From Antedon mediterranea (taxonomy: Eukaryota > Animalia > Echinodermata), in NCBI RefSeq assembly GCF_964355755.1, contig NC_092676.1, positions 2,951,788-3,015,787 of the forward strand: DNA of 64,000 bases. Direction: 5' to 3'. The translations under genes were made by a program, and so were the position numbers. Positions within the stretch are counted from its first letter, which is position 1. Each line of letters starts with the position of its first letter. Below the pieces are notes generated by a model that was not told the DNA's origin, did no database searches, and worked only from the letters and a program-made list of their open reading frames with translations. Below, piece by piece: positions 27,501-38,911 of the stretch.

Positions 27501-28416
27501 TCTACTACCTCTGTATGTAAATATTTGTCTACTATCAAACTAGTTTGACAAAAAAAGTGGTGTGCCCAAATATGGTAGTGATATGACATCATCGTGTCCA
27601 TGGGCACATCCCATTTTTTGTCACATAAAGTTTGATAGTGTAGACAGAGCTTAAGGTTTAGCCGTACCGTAAATGCCAGAACGACGTCACTGCCTGCATG
27701 CACAAACTCTCTATGCATATCCTTCACCAGGTGTGGATGTTCGATGACCACTTCTGGGACAAATCCACCTGCCTGAAGGTAACCACGTCGTTCAAATGCA
27801 AACAAATACCCCTCGGCTATGAGTACTGCCTCCCCATTATTCAAACGATCCAAAAGACCTATTGTGAGGATGTTAGAAAACGTTTATGATATTGAGTGGA
27901 GAGTGACCGAGCGGTAAGTACAAGCCTCTCCTCTCGATTATGGTTGTTGTGGTAGAATAAGCCTTCTCTGAAAAACTGTGTTACTTAATCTACAATTTGA
28001 GATGTTTTTTTTTGCATTAACTTGCATTTACAGAGAATTAAGTAAGTGACGTATGTGTATATGAGGCGCCATACGCATGACATTTTTTTTGCTTCGTATG
28101 GCGCCCCATACATTTATGTTTACTATTTGATGGATCTGTGCGCATGCAGAATATGGCAATCGGAATTTTAAATTAAATATCTATATAACCAATTGAAAAC
28201 TAATTAACTATTTCCAGTAGGCCTATAAACTAAATCTGGGCAGTTCAAAATTTATATTATGCCTTCCAAATAATTTATTATAAAATATACCTATTCCGTT
28301 ATAAAAAAGTAACATTCGAATCTAGAGTTTGTTTACAAGATCCTATAAGGCATAATAATAGTACCTACAACATGATGTGACCCTACCAGCTACTTACCTT
28401 TTACGTTTTTAGGCAT
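24518..28416 (-). CDS. BHMT: Betaine-homocysteine S-methyltransferase-like, 7 exons
   Basis: Exons approx 28398-28416, 27668-27858, 26939-27133, 26550-26661, 25700-25896, 24908-24989, 24518-24786. Motifs [46 protein letters not shown], Zn-ligand motifs [10 protein letters not shown] and FVGICCG. Confidence 0.93.
26052..26237. mobile_element. Fold-back (palindromic) MITE-like element in BHMT intron
   Basis: ~70-bp imperfect inverted arms atatattcgcg..gttctgattgg..gcgtcacagaaa / tttctgtgacgc..ccaatcagaac..cgcgaatatat. Confidence 0.75.
26334..26535. mobile_element. Tc1/pogo-like MITE
   Basis: ta|cagtagaacct...tactg|ta termini with TA TSD. Confidence 0.65.
26740..26852. mobile_element. MITE family B
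   Basis: aagcgtggttctcacaag..gaccaatg..tcgcttgtgattggtcaa..acgttgcgtt. Confidence 0.75.
27157..27280. mobile_element. MITE family A
   Basis: Left TIR partly deleted, right TIR agtttgatagtgtagacagagct intact. Confidence 0.85.
27526..27651. mobile_element. MITE family A
   Basis: actatcaaactagtttgac...agtttgatagtgtagacagagct; ends ~16 nt from a BHMT donor site. Confidence 0.85.
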
Positions 28417-29091
28417 TTTCTTCGCAGTTGTAGTTAGCTAATTATATATTACGTTGATTGGTGATGTACCAAAACATTGAACTGAATTTGTAGTAAACAA
28501 ACCCGATTTTATTCAAGTACGCAAACAGTTGACTAGTTTCAACCAGAAATGGTCAGTTCGTTAGCCATATGTTTTACTCCAATCAGAAACAATCTCAGAG
28601 TTACACATGCAGTGAAGTATATATAACATACGCTACTGTGATTTCCATCCAGGGTAACAAAATAATATTTCATGGCATATTTTTACGGGATTGCTTTGTA
28701 GCAATCGATATACAACCGGTTGTGTCTAGATCAGTGTTGGCAACTGTTCAACATCCTACAGCACACATTGATTGAGAACAAAAAAAAAAACGTTATATGT
28801 AGTTGTTTGTTTTGGAATAAAATCAAAATTGAAGGTTACAGCGTTCGTTTACCAGCATGCTTATTTTCCACAAATTAAGGAAAGGACCTTCACCCCTTTC
28901 ACACTAGCAAAAGTCCGGAGCTTGTTATTATTTTTTTTAGATTTAGGCAAATTGCCAAGAATAACCATAAGCGAATTCATTCACTATCCTTCCTTCTTCA
29001 CAATACAAACATATACACAAAATGCTCTAAATATAAACAAAGTCTTATTACAAGTCTTTGGGAGTTGTAATTTGTCATTTGAAAAAAATCC

Positions 29092-29166
29092 TGACACTGA
29101 CAGGACTCGAACCCAGGTCCCTTGGATTAGTAGCCAAGCATCATAACAACCAAGCTACAACGCCAC
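29092..29166 (-). mobile_element. tRNA-derived SINE head (Pol III A/B boxes)
   Basis: Minus strand gtggcgttg-TAGCTTGGTTG-...-GGTTCGAGTCC-tgtcagtgtcag; acceptor stem does not close; weaker heads at ~19660-19712, ~37150-37190, ~39625-39745. Confidence 0.6.
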
Positions 29167-29877
29167 AATTGTATATCAGACTTCATCATTAATGACTAAT
29201 TACGAAAGCATCATGGTGACATGGTACTGTAGTAGTACGGTACCGTTAGCATTTTCGAAAATGTTGAATCCTTGTTCCGTTACTCTTGATTAATATCGCA
29301 CTGCATAGTCTATTATAGGACTATTAATATAAAACTATTAAAACACACTAAACAAACGATACTTATAAATTCAAAAGTGTATGTGAGGTCTTCGCGCTAT
29401 TTTATTGGACGAGTGTTCAGTGACATATACATTCAAAACATGGTAGTATCGGTAAACTATATTAATAGCAATAAATACATACTAATAAATTATTATTCAC
29501 ACACACAGTATATTTTTAAATATATCTTAAATAGTATAGTATTTATTTGTTTGGAACTATTTAATCGTGTTTGTGTAACCTTGGAAAACAGTTAATTTAC
29601 ATCTTGTATTGACAATCATTTAACTTGAACTTGTGTTCGACCAGGTGTGTGTATGCATGTATGCGGCGCCATACGCATGACACTTTTTTGCTGCGTATGG
29701 CGCCCCATACCTGCATGCCTACTTTTGACGGATCTGTAACTATTAAATCGTTATTTTGTAACCTTAAAATTTAAATTCATTTACATAAATTTTAACTTGA
29801 ACTTGCAGTGTTCGACCAGGTGTGTGCATGCAGCAACAAAGAGAGAGAAATTACATAATCCAAACAGTAATTAAATG

Positions 29878-30225
29878 TGTTAACCATAATAGTAAGAGTT
29901 AACGCTCTGTAAACTAAAGGTTTGTCAAGCATAGGTTTGTCAAGCATAGGTTAACCATCAGTTAATCCTCCGTTAAGAAGTTGGCCATCGGAAAGGAAAA
30001 GGTTAATGCTCCGTTAACTAACAGTTGCCACCAGTTAAGGCAATTTAATCATCCGTTAACTAACATTTGCCATCAAGGAAAAGGTTAATTCTTTCGTTAA
30101 CTAAAAGTTAATCATCGGTAAAGCAAAAGTTAACCAAAGTTAGGCAAAGGTTAATCCTCCGTTAACTAAAGGTTATATATCGGTAAAGAGAAATGTAACC
30201 ATCAGTATAAACACAAGTTAACTAC
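29878..30225. repeat. Degenerate tandem repeat rich in GTTAA/GTTAAC
   Basis: Recurring aaggttaatcctccgttaactaa-like units directly 3' of the Tctex1-domain gene. Confidence 0.65.
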
Positions 30226-30301
30226 CGTACAGCATGCACCAATTGAAAATCGTTTTAATTTACAATGTATACTACCGGTGTTACATCCATGGTTCTACTT
30301 C

Positions 30302-30853
30302 TTACTCGTAATAAACAGCATAAACAGTAGCAATCGCAAATAACGTACCATTCTGATACCATGCCGAACAAAAATTATCTGTGTTGTGGTTCCAAAGACA
30401 GCGACTAGCTATTTCTAAACTTTGGCCCTGTTGCGAGCCGATCACGACGTGTACCACAAGTTTATGCCGACTAAAATACAGCTCTTTGATCTTTGATTTG
30501 ACAAGTTCTGTCAGCCTAGTCGCTAACCTACCACAATTTGTATCATATTCTTCGTATTTCAAAACTCTTTCCAGAATAATCGACACTTCTTCTTCAACTT
30601 TGCTTGGTTTGAATCCGGTGTCAGGATCCATTTTGAAAGTATTCTCAACTCGAGGTTTTGGTGGAACGATTGTTGACGTCTTGCTGGAACGGAACGTGGG
30701 AATATTGCGTCCTCCAATCATTGAGATACGTTTGGAAACTACCGACCATCTTGACGGTTTTCTGGATCTTTTTCGGTAACATATTGGTCCGTAATCCGGA
30801 TGATCGACGGTGGACTGCGATCTAACCGACGATTTATCGGTTGATTCATCCAT
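30302..30853 (-). CDS. Tctex1 domain-containing dynein light chain (TCTEX1D/DYNLT-like), single coding exon
   Basis: 183-aa ORF with ENTFKMDP, RHKLVVHVVIG, QSLEIASRCLWNHNTDNF and terminal FAIATVYAVYYE, typical of Tctex-1 domains. Confidence 0.92.
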   Translation of the reverse strand: MDESTDKSSVRSQSTVDHPDYGPICYRKRSRKPSRWSVVSKRISMIGGRNIPTFRSSKTSTIVPPKPRVENTFKMDPDTGFKPSKVEEEVSIILERVLKYEEYDTNCGRLATRLTELVKSKIKELYFSRHKLVVHVVIGSQQGQSLEIASRCLWNHNTDNFCSAWYQNGTLFAIATVYAVYYE

Positions 30854-32230
30854 AATTTCAAGTTTTTTTTTACCTCAACAGGTGAAGTTTGACGGAACGG
30901 TGAGTCGACTATTTTTTCTTCTCTTAAGTAGTCGTTCAGTGAATTGTTATATCTTGTTTAAGAATCAGTATATTTCAGGCTAAAACAAAGTACTTCACTT
31001 TAGCACAAGTACTTTACTTCACGCTGTAATTAGCTCAGTGCATCACAAAATGTTCTTTAGCGTCTTTATTTATTAATATTTCAATCACTATTTTGTACAG
31101 GATTCGTTTTGTTAGTTCTTAGTGTTGGTTTGGTCGATCCCGACTGATGTATGATCCTTTGTCAGTCGGCAAATGGAATCGTATGTCCGTTGGCAATAGT
31201 TACTCCAAACACTTGGCGGTATACAAACGTAAACCATATCAGGTAGCTATACAAAACACGCGTGGTTGGGTTCTCTACAATGTACATATCATTCCCTTAT
31301 TTGCTTCAGTACAATAAGTATACAATACGCAAAGTATATTTTTATATTGTAGAATGTTTTAATAGCTTAAAGTATACATTTCGTTTAAGTACACTTATTC
31401 GCAGAAGTTGTAGTCTGTACTCGTGGTAATCAAAACGAGAATCGGAGATTTGTAATGAGGTGTACGTTTGTTGAAAATACTTCTCGTTATATTCGGATTT
31501 GACATAATTTCCTGTGGACTAACGTTAACAGGTGCATCAACGGAAGAAAAGCTACGGATACATGATTATCTCATCCTCTTTACAAGATCATCTTCATGAT
31601 TTCTATTGTAGACGATACATGACAGACAAGCTAGCGCGCCGAACGTAATTAAAACTGAATTTCCAATCGATTGCTTGAAATCCAACACGCTATCTTGGCT
31701 CGTTTGTTTAGCACAGTACTTCGACATCCACGAATATGTTTACTTTGTAAAGGAAGAAAGCGTCACCAAAGATTCAATTCTAAACACTATTACTTTCTGG
31801 AGTAAACATCCACCGTTTACTTATTATGCATCGAATGTATTATTAAAGCTCTTATTCTTTGTATGACATTGTTTTCTCAAAATCGTCATGTCAATATGAT
31901 GTGACCCTATTGACAAGTCAATATTAGCAAAGAAGAGTTTTCCCTTATGGCAGCCCTATTATAGTCAAAAAACCTTTTTGTATGGTAGGCCTAATATTAA
32001 ATAAGCCTACACAAATTACAGGGTAAAATTTTCCCCAACCTTTCGCGACATATTCCATACGAGAAGACACTATCCTATGATTGTTTTGTACAGTATTTGC
32101 TAATTAAATAGATAGTTTGATGCTTCACAATTTATAATATAGAAAATGGATATAATTTAAAATACCTAATTTGCCATACTCTCATGTTAACAACATCGTT
32201 TTATGATTAAAGCTAGGACATTCACACTAA

Positions 32231-32378
32231 TGCTTGGTTCCAACTAGAGACGCAACACAAGAACGTAACGCAATGTAAGTGAGTTGACCAATCAGAAGCG
32301 ATGGGATTATTCGAACAGTTGCGTGTGATTGGTCGACACCCTTGCGTTTACCTCCTTGCGTTGTGGGGAATCAAGCGT
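32231..32378. mobile_element. MITE family B
   Basis: gcttggttccaactag..gaccaatcag..gtgattggtc..gggaatcaagc. Confidence 0.8.
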
Positions 32379-32926
32379 TAGACAGCGGCTTTCAATTCTT
32401 TATACGATATTCCATTATTTAAAACGGATTAGACCCACGGCAGTTCCTACCACGAACGACACAGGATGATATGGACCAGTTGATCGGGGTGACCCTCTGC
32501 TTTTCCGAAAAATGCACCGTTTTTTCACAGGCCACCAGGGACCAACAGTCCTTATTCTGAAAACTATACTGTATCAAAGAGCATTGAATCTGTGTCGATA
32601 TTATGGCTATGGTTTTTGCCACCCCTACCTCACCAGACTAGAAAATCAAAATTAGACCAATTTCAATTATAATAGAATTATGGTTTTTATTAGCATAATT
32701 GTTAAATAACATTTTCTCTATAAAATATATAAAAACGGGAACTGTATAAATTAATATCAAAGGAATACAAAAATATTAACTTTAATCAAAAATATTACTG
32801 GAGCGTTGCGATGTTTAGTGTAAATAAAAGTAACCAGGTATAATAGCAATTGACAATATTTGTCAACAAAAAAAAATAACCTTTGTATTGAATGAATGGT
32901 TCAATTATTGTTTTATTGCACAAGCA

Positions 32927-33075
32927 TATTGCACTAATGAAGGGCTAGTGTCCGAAAGCTCTGCTAATTTTACTGGCCATTTTACTTTATCGTTTTGATT
33001 TAGCTTTTCGCTTTTTTTTGTGTATCTCCATTGAGATCCAGCCACTGATTTTTTCATTACTTTGCCTTTGGATTA
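32927..33075 (+). mobile_element. Penelope-like repeat fragment with degenerate minimal hammerhead ribozyme
   Basis: gca-ctaatga-agggc-tagt-gtcc-gaaa-gctc-tgc at 32931-32964; the downstream ~110 bp matches the copy at 42003-42260. Confidence 0.6.
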
Positions 33076-33659
33076 TAATATATTATTTATCTATTTTATG
33101 ACATTATTATACATATTTTAATTTTTCTTTATATCTACACCTTTCTCTGCCAAACTTCTAGATGCATGTCTGTCCTGTTCCGTGTAACAAAGACAATCAC
33201 AGTAATTCTATAAACATTTCAATATAAACTCTACATTTTGAGCACTAGAATGATCTCAAATAACCTTCACTTGGTTATCGATCTTTCACTTTATCGGCCA
33301 TCCATTCATTCACACAGATTTGGTCGTTTAGGTTAAATTAAGACTTGATTGGATAGATTTAGGTAAACTTCTGAAGTGCTACGACGCAATCGCATATTAG
33401 TTAAAATGCCGAGTTGACTTGTTACTTGCTTGCTGCATGATTGTACATATCATAAAAATGACATCAGTTGGCATAGCGAACACTGCACCACAGAAGACAT
33501 AGAACCACCATTGGCCTACAATATAAACGATTCTGCATTTAAAAAAAAATTAAAATTTATAATTTAAATTTTACAAATTTCATTAAATATATAAACTAAA
33601 GTAAATACATTCAAGCCCTTGCACTGTACAGAATATTTACATAGTTTAAAAAGAAATAA

Positions 33660-35556
33660 ATACTTTTAAGATATGTTACTTTTTATTACTACTGCTATAC
33701 ATACATTTAGCTATCATTCTGAACACTGAGTTTAAAAATGAACTAACCTAAAATGAACCAACATGTTCTGTTGAAACGTGCATAAGATCCTGATAGACTA
33801 CACCAGTCTTTACAGCAGAAATGCCAGCAGATGGAACTGCTACTAGGCTGATACTGCCACCAACCTCACCACCTAAAATCAAAATTAACAGAAAATCAGT
33901 ACCAAAATAAGGATGCACATTTTAACTGTCACTCTGTTTATTCATTCTCCGGCATCCACCATCACCCAGTTACCCACTATCTCAAACTATGCACTGTTCA
34001 TTTCTACATAAGAATATGAATAAAAAATACAATGTCCACACTATTGATTGTACTGCAGGACCGTGTATTGCAAATTTAAATATACGCACTAATGTAATAA
34101 TAAAATGCACCAAACACCGAAACAGGTGAAACTTTGTATATACCAAAATAAATTATACAATAGTCCCCTAGACACTACTGTACAGTATCAAAGAACGGCT
34201 CTTCTACTTGCGTAATCTGTATGTGTTGTTCTCATTTATTTTGAGCATTTTATTAACATTCACCATTTCTTCTACATAACACTATGTTACAGTAAAAACT
34301 GTATGTTTTATAGTATGCTATTATGAGCAATCGATATGAACAAATGCTTTGTTATATCAATGTTACAGTAGAGACTGTATGGGTTGAGGTACACACGTTT
34401 CCTGTTACAGTTCAAATTTTTGACCCCGAGATCTCCAATATACAGTATTTTGTTGAGATTATGGATTTATGAATACAAATTACAATATCAAAATGATGTT
34501 ATAGTTGAGAAAAGTAGAAGTAGTACCTAATATATGCATATAGTGTATCAACAATACAAATTAGCAAATATTAAAGACAAACAAAAATTTCATTGATTGA
34601 AATTGGTCAGAACAAGTTGATTTCGATTTTACAATTCTAAAATTAAGTGTTTTGCATTCTTATTTCTTTTATTATATAACTGCAGTGCTGTTAAAGTCAA
34701 ATTTAGTTTTAATATAAACATTTGTCCAAAATTATGAATATCCTAGAATGTCACAAAAAGAACTTTGAAAAATAAATATGTTAGTGCAATGTGTTGATCA
34801 TTGTCTATTCTTGGACACTCCAGTACTACCTAATTTTTTTAAAAACCAGACAAGTGTAGTGTTTTTTTTAAATAAAGATTACATGACGACAGGAAAAAAC
34901 TTATTCAATATATTACAAATATTCTGATATTTACACAAAACTTCCCACAATAGACATTCATTGCTTTCATACGACCCTGTAGTTATTAATGTCATAAACA
35001 ATGTCTTCTGTAGATCAAAAATGCAAGATAGCATGATTTAGTCAAAAATATGTTTTCACTATATTTCATTTCATAAATAATATTTATGAGTACAAGTATA
35101 AAACGCAAGTTGACTTTAGTCTATTATCTTTTTAAATCAATAGTACACTGATGTACAATATGTCCAGTTTTTGTTATATACCCGTATTACAAATGTAAAT
35201 TATACACCAGTAAACCTCACATAGCCATTTACATCACAAACACACAATAGTACTGTATGTATCTCTATGGTCCAGTATTAGTAAAAACATATAAACTATT
35301 TATTCATGAGACTGATGTACAGTACAACTCGTTAAAAAAACATTGATTGTTTTTACACAAGTTCATATATTTTCACACATGTTTGATAACTTTTAGTACA
35401 AAAATAAGCGAACTTCAGCTCAATATAGTTTTCAAAGTATTTACAGAATCTGAACAAATGGAAGAAACAGCATGGTTTAGATAATTATGAAATTATTATA
35501 TTATTGTTTATACTCACCATAGCTTTGTGATGCTTGCTTGATCTTATTCACTTTTC
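33660..35556 (-). other. Putative alternative 3' exons of the DBHS gene (35518-35556 and terminal exon from 33872)
   Basis: Minus-strand ttttacag|GAA AAG TGA...atg|gtgagt 39-nt exon; acceptor ttttgattttag| at 33873; AATAAA at 33682-33687. Confidence 0.45.
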
Positions 35557-35769
35557 CTGTAAAATCGCCTACAGTTCTATTGTATGGGTTTACAAATATA
35601 ACCTAATACAAGTATAAGGCTGCAAATACTGTAGAAGCACCGTAATCTTCATCTGTTTTTCAGAGAATTGTCATTCAACACAAAGTTGTAGTATGGCATA
35701 AAACAAGTGTTATGTGGTTAGTGGTCTTATACTGTAGCCCTACTAGTAGTAATTTTTTTTAATTATTAA

Positions 35770-36418
35770 AGAGACCCAATTGCATGGGAGAGAACCAATT
35801 GCATGGGAGAGAACCAATTGCATGAGAGAGAACCAATTGCATGAGAGAGAACCAATTGCATGAGAGAGACCCAATTGCATGAGAGAGACCCAATTGCATG
35901 AGAGAGACCCAATTGCATGAGACCCAGAGAGAGACCCAATTGCATGAGAGAGACCCAATTGCATGAGAGAGACCCAATTGCATGAGAGAGACCCAATTGC
36001 ATGAGAGAGACCCAATTGCATGAGACCGACCCAATTGCATGAGAGAGACCCAATTGCATGAGAGAGACCCAATTGCATGAGAGAGACCCAATTGCATGAG
36101 AGAGACCCAATTGCATGAGAGAGACCCAATTGCATGAGAGAGACCCAATTGCATGAGACCGACCCAATTGCATGAGAGAGACCCAATTGCATGAGAGAGA
36201 CCCAATTGCATGACAGAGACCCAATTGCATGAGAGAGACCCAATTGCATGAGACCCAGGAGAGACCCAATTGCATGAGAGAGACCCAATTGCATGAGACC
36301 AACCCAATTGCATGAGAGAGACCCAATTGCATGACAGAGACCCAATAGTATGAGAGAGACCCAATTGCATGACAGAGACCCAATTGCATGAGAGAGACCC
36401 AATAGTATGAGAGACCAA
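35770..36418. repeat. 19-bp minisatellite (gagagagacccaattgcat)n, ~34 copies
   Basis: Directly visible, highly homogeneous tandem array. Confidence 0.97.
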
Positions 36419-37242
36419 GGAATAGTAAACACCAGGTACAAATTTTTAGGTAAAATTTATTCTTTAGTTTTATCGTTTGCTTTATAAAAATATTCCAAAA
36501 AGTACTAATGAATTATGAAACTTGTTTTCTATGTTATTTTTTAATTATTAAAGTTGGGCTCAGGATTTTATAACCATTATTTTAACAGTTATGATAAAAA
36601 ATACAAGATTTCTACATTATATAATTATAAAACCACTGTTTACAGTATATGGTACAACCTCTTCTTTGGGACGACACCATTGTTCAGGGAACAAGTCTCG
36701 AAACGAGAGGAAACTTTTTATCACTACAGTCAAGCATTACTCAGGGCCACCTCTATTAAGGGGACACACTCAATGAAATGAATGAGGCTCTTTATGTGAT
36801 GGACACCCATATTAAGGTGACAATTCGTTGGGTCCAGAAAATATTCAATTTTATACATTTATCCATGCCAGCCAAAAAAAAGAAGATTGTTGACATAAAA
36901 TACACGTAATAAATATCATGATGGCTTGAACCATCTGGGTTGCCGGAAATAAACAAAATCAAATGTGGTACAGTAGACTAAAATAAGTTTAGCAGGTATG
37001 TATATTCCATCAAAATGTATTTTATTTTTAGTTTTATGATTTATGAACTAAATGTTTATGCATAGATGCTTTTCAAAAAATTTGCTTAAAAATTTTAACA
37101 AAATGCATACATTCGAGAATGCAAATAAAGAATAAACAAAAAAAGTTGTTCTCGGTGGACTTGAACCCACAACCTCTAGAGGATTAGCACTAGGTTGTTC
37201 AAATCTCACGACCCATCAAGATTTTTAATGCCGAGAGTCAAG

Positions 37243-37359
37243 CCCCATCTTCACTATCAAAGTAAAAGTGTGTACCAAATATGGTAGTGCGTCATCATGT
37301 CCATATATGAACACATCACATTTTTTTGGTCGCATAAAGTTTGATAGTGTAAACAGAGA
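37243..37359. mobile_element. MITE family A, diverged
   Basis: cactatcaa..ccaaatatggtagtg..agtttgatagtgtaaacagag. Confidence 0.75.
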
Positions 37360-37666
37360 TTAAGATTCATGGAAGCAATGGTTTGTTACTGAACCAATAT
37401 AATAATTGTTGCTAATCAGTAACTGTATGAAGTACAGACTAGCAAAAATTATCAAGATTGTAATAAAGAGTTGGATGAACGGATAACCTATAGTATAGTA
37501 TAGATCACACCTACACCATTTCCTTGAAAACTGATACCAAGGGATGCGTACTACCTGAATGTGAAAGAAAATCTGGACATGGAAAGAAGGACCATTTAAT
37601 GTGGAAGAAAAAATTGATGTGGAAAACGACGAGACCCTGTATGTGGAAGAAGCCCTGCGCATTGAC

Positions 37667-37901
37667 GAAGAGAAGCCGGGCATGATGTCATCTATGTGGA
37701 AGAGCCTCTGGAAGACGAAGAGACCCTGGGCATTGGAGAGGCACTTGATGTTGAAGTGGAAGACTTCCTATAAAGATGAAAAGAAGCCGGGCATGATGTC
37801 ATCTATGTGGAAGAGCCTCTGGAAGACGAAGAGACCCTGGGCATTGGAGAGGCACTTGATGTTGAAGTGGAAGACTTCCTATAAAGATGAAGAGAAGCCG
37901 G
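37667..37901 (+). repeat. 111-bp tandem duplication (2.1 copies), purine-rich
   Basis: Units start at 37667, 37778 and 37889 and are nearly identical. Confidence 0.9.
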
Positions 37902-38554
37902 AAGACTTTATCGATAAAACATCTTGGAAGTGGCGAGAAAAAAAAGAATGATTTTACCAGAATTAATTTCCAAGCTTGAAGATGTACAGTATTGGTAAAA
38001 GCAGGTACAGGTAGTTTCCGTACTTAACATTTACAAAATGGAACCAACAAGTTATTTCCACAAATCAAATGTTATGCCCGGTGCATCTATATACACTGTA
38101 TTACTGTACTAGTAATGTTACAGTCACTATTAAAAAGTTAATTGCAGTATATAGTATTCAGTTGCTATACATACAATATACAGAAAATACCTACCCTTAC
38201 CTCAAGAAAAATTAATGGACTTGTACATGCAGAACATTGCATTATTTTATTCAGGAGACAATATCTTCCACAGTTTATCCTGCTAAAATTATATGGTAAT
38301 AAACATGATTTAAAAAAAGTTTCTTCAGGAATACAATGTTCAATGTCTTATAATATAAGACTTTTACAGTTTTCTTTCTACATATCAGAGCAATCCCAAT
38401 TTATGCAAGAAAATAATATCCCATAGTAAACATTACTGTATGATGAACAATCATCATCTTGACTGCTTAAATAGAAAAATAATTACAAACATTTAGAATA
38501 CTTGATAATTGTGGAAAAACTTTAAAAACAACAATGTTGCTAATGTACAAAATA

Positions 38555-38911
38555 CAGTCGACTCCGTCTAAGTCGAATCTAATGGGATGGTATAAAAATT
38601 TGCAGATTTGTAAAAAAAAATATATACTAGCGTGAGTTATAGGATGCTACCTATGCTATACAACCTGCTTGAGAGAACCGATATGGTCCCACATTACCAC
38701 CTCTGTCGTTAGGTTATTGAATTATGTACGTTTTACCAGCTTTTTTTTTAGCGCTTGTTGCCGCGTGATTTGTGACTGACTTATACAACATAAATCACTA
38801 AAGAATGTGTGTATTCGGACTGCAAAAAGACATCACAGTAATGTATAGGAAACAATTGGGACTTTCATAAAAATTCGACTTTCGCGAATTTGACTTAGGC
38901 GAAGTAGACTG
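38555..38911. mobile_element. pogo/Tigger-like non-autonomous element
   Basis: ta|cagtcgactccgtctaagtcgaa ... ttgacttaggcgaagtagactg|ta. Confidence 0.75.

Noticed and set aside
29092-29166. Functional tRNA gene
   Set aside because: A and B boxes are present but the acceptor stem does not pair and similar decayed heads recur, so a SINE is more likely.
31139-31169. Hairpin ccgactga...tcagtcgg with a CTGATG word, possible ribozyme
   Set aside because: No GAAA core or three-way junction; an isolated short stem is expected by chance.
35743-36441. Three overlapping 200+ aa ORFs and a possible CRISPR-like array
   Set aside because: Pure 19-bp tandem repeat with no unique spacers, no cas genes, in eukaryotic context.
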